Notes: a model not told the origin generated them from the sequence alone. A DNA stretch of 64,000 bases from Octopus vulgaris (GCA_951406725.2 OX597834.1:28706001-28770000), one strand, 5' to 3'. Positions 39,840 through 54,374 are shown, counted from the stretch's first letter. Numbers and translations are program-made.

Positions 39840-39962
39840 CTTGTGTTATATATTCCAGTGGCCAGCTACGATAACATCCATTTGGTGACTGCCAGCTTAA
39901 GATATGTTCCAACCAGTCTGGCTTCATAAATTGATGGTAACCTTGCATTCCGCACAGACCAA
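39840..39962 (-). CDS. C16orf89: C16orf89/UPF0764-like protein, internal exon
   Basis: ctctgcag| acceptor, |GTGAGT donor, phase 1/1; IGLCGMQGYHQFMKPDWLEHILSWQSPNGCY resembles 'MFCGMGGFSDFYKLRWLEAILSWQKQQEGCF'. Confidence 0.93.
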
Positions 39963-40105
39963 CTGCAGAGAAGAGACGAGGATCATGTAAGATATTTATC
40001 ATTTTACAATATTTAAAAAAATTTTCTGTGTAGTTATCAAATATATGTATGTATGTATGTATGAATGTATTATGTATATATATGTATGTATATATGTATG
40101 TATGC

Positions 40106-40140
<35 letters not shown>

Positions 40141-40207
40141 TGTATGTATTATGTATATATATGTATGTATATATGTATGTATGTATGTATGTATATATGT
40201 ATGTATG

Positions 40208-40245
<38 letters not shown>

Positions 40246-40246
40246 T

Positions 40247-40342
40247 AGATGTCCGCACTGTGACCGATATTTTCGAGCAAGAATTGGTCTTATCAGTCAC
40301 CTGCGGACTCACCAATAAATTTGCGCGAAGACCATCATCCTC
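40247..40342 (+). mobile_element. RTE LINE 3' end (C2H2 zinc finger plus short 3' UTR)
   Basis: [23 protein letters not shown] followed by short UTR and (TA)n. Confidence 0.8.
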
Positions 40343-40362
40343 GACCTTGGGGGATTGCCATA

Positions 40363-40414
<52 letters not shown>

Positions 40415-40911
40415 GTATGTATATATGACAGCAACAGCCATAGGGACAATAATTATATATCTTTATCATAAGTAGGCAACGAACTTTTTAGGAAATTCGC
40501 TCGGTAGAGCAGTGAAATCGCATGATAGAAAATTTTATACGAGTACTGGGGACAAAAAAGTGTTAAGTGAGGTGATAAAGGCATCTGCACATTTTCTTTA
40601 GTATTTTGATAAACTTCTTCTTAGCTACAGTCACCAGACAATAGTAATAGCAACGACAACATCAAGAATTATAAAGATTTGGAAATGTGAATAGGTAAAT
40701 AAACAAAACCGGATATTCAAATCATCTATTCGTGCAAATTATAAAAAATAAACAAAAGTTTAATTTAAAAGACAAGGTCAAGACTTTTTAGTATTTCCAT
40801 ACATGCGATGAAGACATCCTGTGCACTTGTAGCGTAAAGCAACGTTTGTTCATGTTCATACACACACACATATATGTATGTATGTACGTATGTATGCATG
40901 TATATACACAT

Positions 40912-41318
40912 AGGCGCAGGAGTGGCTGTGTGGTAAGTAGCTTGCCTACCAACCACATGGTTCTGGGTTCAGTCCCGCTGCGTGGCATCTTGGGCAAGTG
41001 TCTTCTGCTATAGCCTCGGGCCGACCAATGCCTTGTGAGTGGATTTGGTAGACGGAAACTGAAAGAAGCCTGTCGTAAATATGTATATATATGTGTGTGC
41101 GTGTATGTTTGTGTGTCTGTGTTTGTCCCTCTAGCATTGCTTGACAACCGATGCTGGTGTGTTTACGCCCCCGTCACTTAGCGGTTCGGCAAAAGAGACC
41201 GATAGAATAAGTACTGGGCTTACAAAGAATAAGTCCTGGGGTCGATTTGCTCGACTAAAGGCTGTGCTCCAGCATGGCCGCAGTCAAATGACTGAAACAA
41301 GTAAAAGAGTAAAAGAGT
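40912..41318 (+). mobile_element. SINE family B copy
   Basis: Full-length match. Confidence 0.88.
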
Positions 41319-41899
41319 ATATATACTACTACATACATACATACGCACATAAATACATGTGTGTGTGTGTATGAATGTATCTATGTATGTATTTGTTATG
41401 AAATTAGTTCTGTTGAATCATTACAAGGGGACGTTGTCAAAAAAGGAGATGATAGTTAAAATAGCTTGCGAAGCACCAATTTGAAACGATTCTTAACATA
41501 GATATAAGGAAACACATTTCAAGCTAGGAAACGGGTGAGATCGATTTAAATGATTTCATTATTCGGATGGTGTTAATATTAGTAAATATGATAAATACAA
41601 CATGAATATCTATATTGTTCAGAACTGTTTATGTCTCAAGGAAAGTACTTTCTAACTGATGTCTTCACAACTGATGAAAAGAGACATTACATTTATTGCC
41701 CAACAGTTATTAGTTTACACTGTATGTATATCTAAAATGAAGGTGTTAAGTAACAGAATATAGACAGTAAGCTTTCTTGGTATGAGTTTCGAAGACTCCA
41801 CACATTGAGTATTTTCGTTTGGACATTAACAGTTGTGAACAGTTGTAGGTGTAGATGTCTGTATTGATCACAATAGGTGTAAATAAACTAACTTCAATG

Positions 41900-43060
41900 G
41901 ACAACCATAAACTACAGCCTCACAAACTAGTTACAAACAGGTGGAGGCGCAATGGCCCAGTGGTTAGGGCAGCGGACACGCGGTCATAGGATCGCGGTTT
42001 CGATTCCCAGACCGGGCGTTGTGAGTGTTTATTGAGCGAAAACACCTAAAAGCTCCACGAGGCTCCGGCAGAGGATGGTGGTGATCCCTGCTGTACTCTT
42101 TCACCACAACTTTCTCTCACTCTTACTTCCTGTTTCTGTTGTACCTGTATTTCAAGGGGCCGGCCTTGTCACTCTCTGTGTCACGCTGAATATTTCCGAG
42201 AACTAAGTTAAGGGTGCACGTGTCTGTGGAGTGCTCAGCCACTGTTCCGTAACCGACGGAGTGCTTCCAAAACAAACAGTAATTATATACTACAGTCATA
42301 AAGTACCGTCATAAACTACAGCATTGCAATTTACAGTCTTAAGCTAGTGGTTATGTCATAAGTGGCACGCCGTCGGCAACGACTAAGAGGGATCCGTGAA
42401 ATTAACCTACAAGTGGCGTACCATTTACGTATGTATCAGGGAGATTTAGCGTGACGCAGAATGTGACAAGGTTGGCACTTTGAAAAACTGGAGTAACGTG
42501 AACTAAAGTGTCTTGCCCACGCCGCTAGGAATCGAACTCATGATCATAAGATCGTGATCCGAAAACCCTAACCACTATGCCACTCGCTTCCACTTGTAAC
42601 ATCATAAACTCCTCTAATAAACTACAGTCATAAGGTCGACTCCTAAAGTACAGCTTCAGAAACAATAGTCATAAACTACAGCATCGTAAATTAGTCATAA
42701 TCTACAGCATCATAGACAACAGTCATAAACAATTGTCATTAACTGTAGTATCATAATCTCCAATTCATAAATTGCAGTCATAAACTCATAAACTACACCA
42801 TCATAAACTCTATTCATAAATTACAGTCGTAAACTACAGTGGCTTAAACAACAGTCATAACATAATTTGCAGTCATAAGCTACAGCATCATAAATTAGAT
42901 ATAAACAACAGTCATAGATAAATTACAGTCATAAACTACGATCATAAACTGCAACCACATAAATAGCTGTTATAGACTACAGCATCATAGACTCTAGTCA
43001 TAAACTGTAGTTATAAGCTTGTCACAAACTATTGTCATAAACCACTATCATAATCTATAT
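41900..43060. repeat. Degenerate satellite of taaactacagtca/taaactacagcatca motifs
   Basis: Many diverged 13-15-bp units, interrupted by SINEs. Confidence 0.7.
41942..42269 (+). mobile_element. SINE family A copy
   Basis: Same head; acaaacag direct repeats. Confidence 0.85.
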
Positions 43061-43780
43061 CTTCAAAGCAGCAAAGACATTGTAAGTAAAGAGAAGAGCC
43101 TGCACTGAAAAATCCTCAGAATCCTCACTGCATGATCGAGATTGGACATACCTACCTGATACATAATACAGATAGAAAACTATTACCAGGTAATCTCAGG
43201 TGAGTTTAGAAAAATACTTTTAAGCAACCTAATGAAGACAAACATTACTATGAAATGAAAGAGAACATTTTTTTTTCATAAATGTTTCTTTATTAGCCAC
43301 ACAGGGCTGCACACAGACAGGACAAAATTACAAGGTAGAGCTTTTCTTTTGGGGGTAAAAGAAGGGGGTTTGGTTTTCGATCAAAAGGGATCGTAAATGG
43401 AAAGAAAGAGGACAAAAAAGGGGGGGATAAAATAAAATAAAAAAAGGGGGGGGGGAATTGATCAATAGGGATCGTTATCACAGAAATGTCAATATGAAGT
43501 GTAAAGGGGAGGACAGGTGAGGTTTACCCGTGGAAAGAAAAGCCTACGGAAAAGACCACGGTAACCTCGGTCAATGAAGTCACATGTTATATTTCTTTTT
43601 TTTTTTTTCAAATAAGCAACTCTTTGTATTAATTTTTACGGTTCATAGAATCATAGTCAAGGTAAACTATAAGATAAACTATAACTATATTACTGAGTGA
43701 GAAAGGAAAGAGACAAAACATAAGAAAGGTAATAACAACGAAACGAAACAAAAAAAATGAATGAAATAAAAAAAATATAT

Positions 43781-44255
43781 GCGTAGGAGTGGCTGTGTGG
43801 TAAGTAGCTTGCTTACGAACCACATGGTTCCGGTTTCAGTCCCACTGCGTTGCACCTTGGGCAAGTGTCTTCTACTATAGCCTCGGGCCGACCAAAGCCT
43901 TGTGAGTGGATTTGGTAGACGGAAACTGAAAGAAGCCCGTCGCATATATGTATATATGTATGCATGTGTGTGTATATGTGTGTCTGTGTTTGTCCCCGCA
44001 ACATCGCTTGACAACCGATGTTGATGTGTTTACGTCCCCGTATCTAGGCGGTTCGGCAAAAGAGACCGACAGAATAAGTACTAGGCTTACAAAGAATAAG
44101 TCCTGGGGTCGATTTGCTCGACTAAAAGGCGGTGCTCCAGCATGGCCGCAGTCAAATGACTGAAACAAGTAAAAGAGTAAAAAGAGTATATGTATGTATA
44201 ATTCGATATACATTAATAAAGATAAGTTTAACATATATATCTGAGTGTGTGTGTG

Positions 44256-44317
<62 letters not shown>

Positions 44318-44483
44318 GGTTTTTGTCCAAGTAGTGCTGCGTGTCAAAAATAAACTGTAATTAATTTCTCGTTTAATAAATACACTAGATTTATGGTTTG
44401 AGGGCATTATGTAATTAAGTCCTGGGGTCGATTTGCTCGACTAAAGGCGGTGCTCCAGCATGGCTGCAGTCAAGTAAAAGAGT
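43781..44483 (+). mobile_element. SINE family B copy carrying a templated insertion
   Basis: SINE 3' end present twice around ~230 bp shared with 17930-18143. Confidence 0.8.
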
Positions 44484-44647
44484 ATGCAAACAGTAGAAAG
44501 AAAATAAAGAATGAAAAAATGGAAGAGGAAACCATTTCACTGTCAGCGTTCTGCAAGAATGGACAAAAAGAAAACCAACGAAGCGTGAATTTTGAGACGG
44601 AGCTTCGTCTAAGCGATGAATTAAAAAAAATCAAGGTTACAACTTAC

Positions 44648-44807
44648 TTTGTTCCATAAATAAATCGTTTGTTGCCGGTGATAAACCATTGTCTGCAAAA
44701 CTGTTAGCTTCCAGTAACATTTCTGAACAGAATCCTTCGGCTAGAGTGTCCAATGATGGCTGGCTGTGCCGTGCAGCTTTCGCTTCCAGTTCTTTTAAAC
44801 AACCAAA
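44648..44807 (-). CDS. C16orf89: C16orf89/UPF0764-like protein, internal exon
   Basis: ccag| acceptor, |GTAAGT donor, phase 0/1; FGCLKEL...EGFCSEMLLEANSFADNGLSPATNDLFMEQ resembles 'GC...LFCANMMDLN..AEAIGYAYPTRDIFMEN'. Confidence 0.92.
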
Positions 44808-44819
44808 CTGGATCCGAAG

Positions 44820-44873
<54 letters not shown>

Positions 44874-45064
44874 TATAAACATACAAACTACGGGGTTCCT
44901 TCAATTTCCGTCTACCAAATCCACATTTTAGTCGGCCCGTGGCTTTAATAGAAGACACTTGTTCAATGATGCATTCTATGTGTGTGTGTGTGTATGTATA
45001 TGTATACATATATATATATATGTGTGTGTGTGTGTGTCTGTGTGTGTGTGTGTGTGCGAGTGTA

Positions 45065-45110
<46 letters not shown>

Positions 45111-45740
45111 TACACTCGCACACACACGCACACACACATATATATATATATATGCATACACTCGCACACACACGCACACACACACACACATATATATGTA
45201 TACATATACATACACAAGATAATATATATATATATATATATGTATGTGTAAATGTATATGTATGATTGTATGTTTGTAAACATACATGTATACAGACGTA
45301 TATATAATAATATACGTACATATAAACACACACATACGTGTATGTCTCTCCATATGTGTATATATCTGTGTGAGTGCACGCGCGCTCGTGTTTAACAGAC
45401 ATACTTATGCTCCACAGTTCATGTCTCAGATTCATTTACAAACCAAGTATTTCCCATTGAGAAAGAGTTCCATAATAAATTGAACATTAATGAAATTATG
45501 GACAGCGGATACGCGCATGCGCAACAATTCCGATAGAGTCCTTATGTCTAAGAGTGTTGCCATATGTATTGACTATCCAATATTCAACTGTATAGAGCTG
45601 CGGGTGTCACTTTATCATGTTTCATTGTTTAAATTAAAAGTGATAGCTTTATTGCTGTAATTGTGTTTCAGTGTGAATTGCCCAGTCTCTGGAGTCAAGG
45701 AGTTTCGCAACTTGAGAACTCTTCTAAGTTAGACTTCACT

Positions 45741-46153
45741 TTCGAAGTTGGATGTAAGCAAAATTACTTATTAGATTTGACAACCTTCCATTCCTATTTG
45801 ATGTATGTTGTTTATTGTTTGAACCAGGTCAGATCTTATTGAGTAAAACATGTGTTTAAAGGGGGTTCCAATGATGACCGTCCAGTCGTTTACGATATAT
45901 AAGAGTTTCGCAATATTTTGCAGAACAACCCGCACAGATGATTTGTTTCGAAGTTGGATGTAAGCAAAATTACTTATTAGATTTGACAACCTTCCATTCC
46001 TATTTGATGTATGTTGTTTATTGTTTGAACCAGGTCAGCTCTTATTGAGTAGACATGTGTTTAAAGGGGGTTCCAATGATGACCGTCCAGTCGTTTACGA
46101 TATATAAGAGTTTCGCAATATTTTGCAGAACAACCCGCACAGATGATTTGTTT
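45741..46153. repeat. 206-bp tandem duplication
   Basis: ttcgaagttggatgtaagc...cacagatgatttgttt starting at 45741 and 45947. Confidence 0.92.
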
Positions 46154-46863
46154 ATAATGATCACACGTTTGTGTGGCACATGAACTCAGTGCCTCCATCA
46201 AAACGACGTTGTGTGAACCGGTGCACAGTGTGCCACTTATCAAATGCTGAAGTGATCGCAGAGCAACACAACACACCACCCTGTCCATGAATTGAAACCA
46301 GGATCTTGTGATACATTAGCTCCCACCCTACATTAAATCGACATTACCTCTACAGATGCATGGTGTGTTAAACGTCAGATGACTAAGTGATCGCAAAACA
46401 ACGTGAAATGAAATGTTTTGTTCACAAACACAACGTATCGCCCGGTCAAGATATCGAAACCATGACCGTCGCACCCCAGGAGGGGGGGTCCAGACTACTA
46501 TGTAGGGTTGTGGTTGATCGGCATAGGTGACCGTCGCACCCCAGGGGGGTCCAGACTACTATGTAGGGTTGTGGTTGATCGGCATAGGTGACCGTCTGGA
46601 AGGGATGTCCTCGTAGCTCCTTTTCTGCCAACGGTTAGCTCCCCGTTTGCCGGTGCAAGATCGACTCTACACGGCTGGCGCGTCCTCGAATTTCCGCCGC
46701 CACACCGCCCGCCTTTCAGACGCTGCGTTCGCTCGCCCGTTGACGCCCGCGTTTGCCCGCCTTTGCCTTTGAATCATGAGTGCAACGCCCTAACCATCAG
46801 GCCATGCGTCTTCACACAACTCACTGCTAGACACTCGTGTATCAAGGAATGACCATTACTTAC

Positions 46864-46981
46864 CTGTTGTCCGATTTGAAGATAAAATAATTCATGAGAC
46901 AGAGAATAGCCGATGTAGCCAGGACCGGTCATTGAGGTCCAGCATTGGTCTGATATGTCACATGACCGAGTAGCACCGACC
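46864..46981 (-). CDS. C16orf89: C16orf89/UPF0764-like protein, internal exon
   Basis: ctgttccag| acceptor, |GTAAGT donor, phase 2/0; SCDISDQCWTSMTGPGYIGYSLSHELFYLQIGQQ resembles 'CGLSDLCRSLMTKPGCSGYCLSHQLLFF'. Confidence 0.92.
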
Positions 46982-47059
46982 CTGGAACAGAAAATTTATG
47001 TACAACACTGAAAAAAGCAATATGAATATGGGGGCGTGTTTATGCAAGTATATATTTGT

Positions 47060-47658
47060 GTTTGTAGGTGTGTGTGTGTTAGTGCGTTTATGTATATGTA
47101 TGTGTGTGTGTATATATGTATGTATGTATGTATGTATGTTTGTATGTATGTATGTATGTATGTATGTGTGTGTGTATATATGTATGTATGTATGTATGTA
47201 TTTATGTATGTATGTATGTATGTATGTATGTATGTATGTACGTATGTATGTATGAATGCATGTATGTATGTATGTATGTATGTACGTATGTATGTATGTA
47301 TGTATATATGTATGTATGTATGAATGCATGTATGTATGTATGTATGTATGTATATATGTATGTATGTATGAATGCATGTATGTATGTATGTATGTATGTA
47401 TGTATGTATGTATGTATGTATATATGTATGTATGTATGAATGCATGTATGTATGTATGTATGTATGTATATATGTATGTATGTATGAATGCATGTATGTA
47501 TGTATGTATGTATGTATGTATGTATATATGTATGTATGTATGAATGCATGTATGTATGTATGTATGAATGTATGTATGTATGTATGTATGTATGTATGAA
47601 TGCATGTATGTATGTATGTATGTATGTATGAATGCATGTATGTATGTATGTATGTATG

Positions 47659-47692
<34 letters not shown>

Positions 47693-47766
47693 TGAATGCA
47701 TGTATGTATGTATATATGTATGTATGAATGCATGTATGTATGTATGTATGTATGTATGTATGTATG

Positions 47767-47800
<34 letters not shown>

Positions 47801-47802
47801 TG

Positions 47803-47836
<34 letters not shown>

Positions 47837-47870
47837 TGTATGAATGCATGTATGTATGTATGTATGTATG

Positions 47871-47904
<34 letters not shown>

Positions 47905-48296
47905 TGTATGTATGAATGCATGTATGTATGTATGTATGTATGTATGTATGTATGTATGTATGTATGTATGTATGAATGCATGTATGTATGTATGTATGTA
48001 TGTATGTATGTATGTATGTATGTATGTATGTATGTATGTATAAATGTATGTATGTATGTATGTATGTATGTATGTATATGTATGTGTGTGTGTATGTATG
48101 TATGAATGCATGTATGTATGTATGTATGTATGTATGCATGCATGTATGTATGTATGTATGTATGTATGCATGCATGTATGTATGTATGAATGCATGTATG
48201 TATGTATGTATGTATGTATGTATGTATGTATGTATGTATGAATGTATGTATGTATGTATGTATGTATGTATGCATGCATGTATGTATGTATGTATG

Positions 48297-48330
<34 letters not shown>

Positions 48331-48412
48331 TGTATGTATGTATGTATGTATGTATATATGTATGTATGTATATATGTATGTATGTATGTATGCATGTATG
48401 TATATACGTACG
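47060..48412. repeat. (TATG)n microsatellite, about 1.35 kb, with recurring tgaatgca and tatatg variants
   Basis: Direct inspection; similar tracts at 53391-53880 and 63230-63980. Confidence 0.97.
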
Positions 48413-48755
48413 TATTTCGAGTGAATGGGTAAGTCAATTACATCGATCCTAGAGTTCAACAAGTATTTATTTTATCAGCCTTAAAAGTAAGAAAAGCAAA
48501 GCCGACCGCGGCGGAATTTGAACTCAGAACGTACAAATCATCTTTAATACTAATTACCATAATAACATACACGGACACAGGGGGAGACAATTTGGTGGTT
48601 GTAGTAGTGGAAGAGGATAATCAGTACAATTCCAATACGTGGTTAGTAGTATTGACCAACACGCCACCATTTCTGCCACAGGATAATAAACGACTGTTGA
48701 TCCTTTTAAGCTCTTTTATAACTTTATAGCATTTTTCAGAAAAATATTTTTGCAT

Positions 48756-48796
<41 letters not shown>

Positions 48797-49153
48797 CGCG
48801 CCGGGCGAAATCCGTAGCCGTATTTCGTCTGCCGTTACGTTCTGAGTTCAAATTCCGCCGAGGTCGACTTTGCCTTTCATCCTTTCGGGGTCGATAAATT
48901 AAGTACCAGTCACGCACTGGGGTCGATGTAATCGACTTAATCCGTTTGTCTGTCCTTGTTTGTCCCCTCTGTGTTTAGCCCCTTGTGGGTAGTAAAAAGA
49001 AATATATATTGAGCTATGACTGTGACACACCTATGTATGTAGAAGCGTCTTGTGTCTGTGTACATCTGTGTGTAACAGGGTATGATACTAGTTATGTGTG
49101 TACGCATGTGTGTAATTGTATGAGTGTGTGTGAGTGTGTGTGTGTGTGTGTGA

Positions 49154-49231
<78 letters not shown>

Positions 49232-49477
49232 TAAGGCCATATCATAAGGGTGTCAATCTAAACTGACAGCCAATGAAATTACTTCCTTCCAAGAAGTAAT
49301 AATCCGGATTAGTAAATCTTCGCCAGTACACATCTTAAATTTGTATCGAGATCTTCGGACGTGCAAGGATAATAAGTTCACATATCGTGTCTTGTATATG
49401 GGCAGATGTGTGTATCGCTGTCCCTGTCCTTATATTCCCCGCCCTCGCTCTCTCACCCAGCGAATATGTGTATATAC

Positions 49478-49546
<69 letters not shown>

Positions 49547-49722
49547 TGTGTGTGTATAAAATATACATATACATATATGTACATACATCTATCTGCACAT
49601 ACAAATATCTGTATGTATATATATATGCATATGTATGTGAATGTGTGTGTATATATATATGAATATGTATATATTTATATGTATATATATTTTATATATG
49701 TATCTCTTATCTGTGTGTACGT

Positions 49723-49778
<56 letters not shown>

Positions 49779-50649
49779 GCACACATACGCATTCGCACAC
49801 ACACACACACACACACACACTTACGTAATATAAATATATCGCTGTAAATGATATATTTACATTGCATATGGAAGTGTATTACTATCATGTACCAAAGTAC
49901 ACACATATACATCTCTCTTCATGTGTACGTGTTACGCATATGCGTGCGTGCGTGTGTGTGTGTATACATATCTGCATATACATATACGTATATGCGCATA
50001 TTTATGTATATGTATACACCACGCGCATGCATACTCACACACACACATATGCTCACACGCATATACACACAGGAACACGTCCACACACAAACACACACGT
50101 TGTCATTCGCTAAAGCCAGTTATATATAATACTCGATAGTATATTTAAAACCTTTAATTTTCTGTCCTCAACGTTCTGGACGAATTATAAACTTAGCCGC
50201 CATTTTGTTTCTGCAACCGATACGTGAAAATGACTGAAACATTTGAGATTAAACCGCCATTCTAACGGCTTAACGGGGCAATCTTATCAATCTTTAAATC
50301 TCGTATGAATAACCCACGACCTCGTCTGTTAAGTCACTTAAGTCGATTGGTTTTGCTATGTTGTTGCTATGAGTGAAATAGGTGCAGTATGATGCAGTAT
50401 GATGCAGTATGGTGCAGTATGTTTAAGAAGTTCATTTTGCAAGCATGAGAGTTTGGGTTCCAAACTAGTTTGGTATCTTTCTTTTCTTTTTTTTTCTTTT
50501 ACTTATCTTTCTTTTCTTTTTTTTTCTTTTACTTGTTTCAGTCATTTGACTGCGGCCATGCTGGAGCACCGCCTTTAGTCGAGCAACTCGACCCCGGGAC
50601 TTATTCTTTGTAAGCCCAGGACTTATTCTATCGAAATTCTTATATTTAC

Positions 50650-50800
50650 CTGGTGCCAAAGAACTCAGCAATGCAATTATCCGAAGCTTCCTCTCTAAGA
50701 TGTTCCTCATTCGTGTGGAACGGTGCTACCAAATCCATGTTCAGGTCCCTCGTCCTGTGATTGATTTCCCAGAACCGTTTCTTCAGAAGCTGACCGATTT
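50650..50800 (-). CDS. C16orf89: C16orf89/UPF0764-like protein, internal exon
   Basis: ttggctag| acceptor, |GTAAAT donor, phase 1/2; KIGQLLKKRFWEIN...EHLREEASDNCIAEFFGT resembles 'PGFW...FSEERSDVCLVQLLGT'. This reading frame is not in the ORF track. Confidence 0.9.
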
Positions 50801-51087
50801 CTAGCCAAAACAATACAAGATATGTTCATAAGATAGATCAAAGTGTTAGAAATAGCAGCTAAATCAATGTCAAATTCTAGTTAGTTGTCTTACATCAGGA
50901 AGAATACATTGAATAATGTAGTCCTTGATATACAGCGTTTGAAAATAAGAGGAAGGGTAATGGTTGGGAGATCTTTGATTGATGGTATGCTCGGTCAGGT
51001 TTGACCTGGGGTTAAACAGCAACAACGATAAGAGCAACAAGAAACACAAATAGCGCCCGTAAACATTGTTGACGTTGTATAAGTATG

Positions 51088-51118
<31 letters not shown>

Positions 51119-51672
51119 TCACCGTCACCGTAATCACTGTGACCGACCAGGCTATCAGATGTCGTTACACATCGCTGGTCACAATGCGCTTCGCATTGTT
51201 TTAGCCTTCAAATGACGCCATCCCGCTGGCTAAGCGAGCAGGCCAACACAAGAAAGAGTGAAAGAAAGTTGTGGCGAAAGAGTACAGCAAGGATCGCCAC
51301 CATCCTCTGCCGGAGCCTCGTGGAGCTTTAGGTGTTTTCGCTCAATAAACACTCACAACGCCTGGTCTGGGAATCGAAACCGCGATCCTACGACCTCGAG
51401 TCCACTGCCCTAATCACTGGGCCATTGCGCCTCCACCATGCATGTATATATGTATGTACGTATGCATGCATGTATGTATGTATGTATGTATGTATGTATG
51501 TATGTATGTATGTATGTATGTATGTATGTATGTATGTATGTATGTATGTATGTGTGTGTGTATGTATGTATGTGTGTGTATGTATGTATGTATGTATGTA
51601 TGTATGTATGTATGTATGTATGTATGTATGTATGTATGTATGTATGTCCAGAACATTAAGAAGAATACTCAC

Positions 51673-51834
51673 TTTTGAAATACGGTGGATCGTTATGTGC
51701 CACGTACTGGATGGATTTATCACTGATATCTTCCGCCAAATTCTGGATATTTTCAATGAGATAGGTATAGTCAGTTAACTCGTGAAGTGGATCGGTCGCG
51801 TTTAGCTGCCTGTTTAAGAGGACTGTGAACTGGT
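51673..51834 (-). CDS. C16orf89: C16orf89/UPF0764-like protein, internal exon (most 5' exon found)
   Basis: ttttcag| acceptor, |GTGAGT donor, phase 1/1; QFTVLLNRQL...IENIQNLAEDISDKSIQYVAHNDPPYFK resembles recalled human 'LEAAIQRSLHYLKLSDPKYLRE'. Confidence 0.85.
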
Positions 51835-52453
51835 CTGAAAATAGGTTAAAGACACCAGAAACGGAATTAGCAAGGGATAAAACACACAATATACATACAT
51901 GGCGACTGTAACTTAATTCCGAGCAATGCCATTGCATGAGTGTTCTCTTAAAACATTAGCAACAGAGATATGACTTTTCAGTACGACTAGGGACCTAGAT
52001 TCTTTTGCGCAAACGTTCCAACGATGGTGTACCCCTTGCAGAATTCTGAGAGGTTACCATTCATGCTGACGCATGGTTTCATTCCACGTCATTTCCTTCC
52101 ACGAATTTCATTCTATGGAATTTTTCATGAGTGTTTTGTCTATTCTCTGCCAACCTTAGTAAGCAAAGCATAATAGAGCTGCTAAAAATCGTGCTTGAAG
52201 CTGTTTAAAGGGAGGAAAGACCTTGCACAGGGTCAATCTCACCCTCTGAACAAGTTATGCATTTGTCCCAAAAGAAGTAATAGTCTACATCATTAGGGGC
52301 AAACGAAGTCAGAGATGTTATATCAGAGTTTTTCTTCACCGATACTGTTGTGTCGTCACCCCCAGACGATGAAGTAGGCTAGCCCAATACGTAGATATAG
52401 AGGGAGAAGCCTAGACATCAAGGAAACAGTTGAGTAGCAGTAGAGTAGTACCA

Positions 52454-52842
52454 TGGAAGCACTCCGTCGGTTACGACGACGAGGGTTCCGGTTGATCCGA
52501 ATCAACGGAACAGCCTGCTCGTGAAATTAACGTGTAAGTGGCTGAGCACTCCACAGACACGTGCATCCCTTAACGTAGTTCTCGGGGATATTCAGCGTGA
52601 CACAGAGAGTGACAAGGCCGGCCCTTTTGAAATACAGGTACAACAGAAACAGGAAGTAAGAGTGAGAGAAAGTTGTGGTGAAAGAGTACAGCAGGGATCA
52701 CCCCCCCCCCCTGCCGGAGCCTCGTGGAGCTTTTTTTGGTGTTTTCGCTCAATAAACACTCACAACGCCCGGTCTGGGAATCGAAACCGCGACCCTATGA
52801 CCGCGAGTCCGCTGCCCTAACCACTGGGCCATTGCGCCTCCA
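52454..52842 (-). mobile_element. SINE family A copy
   Basis: Reverse complement of 1023-1406; cagtagagtagta flanking repeats. Confidence 0.9.
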
Positions 52843-53389
52843 CAGTAGAGTAGTAGACTAGAGCAGAGTCAAGAGTAGAGAGTAGAGTTGAGTAGAAGTC
52901 ATCCGAAAGTGCGACATAACAGTGGTGACGAGGATTTCGCAGCTCACACAGACACTGTGTAGTATTGTGACATAACAGATACGGATGTCAAAACTATAAC
53001 TTGGAGTCTCTTGTTCCCAGCCGTCGGATGGCCGTTGATTCCATTGAGCTTTTGCTTTTCGTCTAGCGGTGTCCAAAACTATCATCAATAAAACCATTAC
53101 CAAGGCTTTGGTCGGCCCAAGGCTATAGTAGAATATAACTTCCCAAAGTGCCATGCAGTGGGATTGAACCCAGAACCATGTGGTTGTGGAGCAGGCTTCT
53201 TACCTCACAACTACGTCTGCGCCTGTTACACTGGAATATTTCTAGCGTTAACCTAAGTCTTTTGGCGACTATTATAGTTTCTTCATTTCTTAGTGTCAGT
53301 TGCGAAGACCTGGTTGTAATCGGTTTCTTAATGGCATTGTCTATAACTAATTGCAGTGACCAAGGCAAAACGGAGCGATTCTAGAAGCC

Positions 53390-53420
<31 letters not shown>

Positions 53421-54096
53421 TGTATGTATGTATGTATATTTGTGTGTGTGTATGTATGTATGTATATTTGTGTGTGTGTATGTATGTATGTATGTATGTA
53501 TGTATGTATGTATGTATGTATGTATACATGTAATTATGTATGTATGTGTGTATGTATGTATGTTTGTATGTATGTATGTATGTATGTATGTATGTATGTA
53601 TGTGTGTGTATGTATGTATGTGTGTATGTATGTATGTGTGTGTTTGTATGTATGTATGTATGTTTGTGTGTGTATGTATGTATGTATGTATGTATGTATG
53701 TATGTTTGTGTGTATGTATGTATGTGTGTATGTATGTATGTGTGTGTATGTATGTATGTATGTATGTATGTATGTGTGTATGTATGTATGTATGTATGTA
53801 TCTATGTATGTATGTATGTATGTATGTATGTATGTATGTATGTATGTATGTATGTGCATGTATTTATATATGTAGGTACGTAGGTACATACGTATTTACA
53901 TACGTAGATCGGTAGGTTTGTGTGTATGTTTGTGTGTGTATGTGTGTGTGTGTACATTTGTGTTGCTTGCTAAAAATGCTTCTATAGCCATATGTATATG
54001 AGTGTGGCCATGCATACAGATACGTATATGTATGTGCGCTTATCTGTTTGCTTGTATCGTATGTGTGCGGATATATGGGTGAGAATTTGTGTGTGT

Positions 54097-54128
<32 letters not shown>

Positions 54129-54164
54129 TGCTTTCTAAGAAATGCTCCTGTGTCCCCTGTATCC

Positions 54165-54212
<48 letters not shown>

Positions 54213-54302
54213 TTGTATGTGCATGTACGCATGTCTTGCTTACTATGAAACGCTCCAATAGCCTCTGTTTATATGTGTTGCATGTATTTCTGTGAATGTG
54301 TG

Positions 54303-54374
<72 letters not shown>

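Noticed and set aside
46958-48462. 400-490 aa ORFs (HTYI/MYVC repeats)
   Set aside because: Translations of the (TATG)n microsatellite; the same applies to similar ORFs at 12.6-13.3, 15.7-16.4, 53.3-53.9 and 63.2-64 kb.
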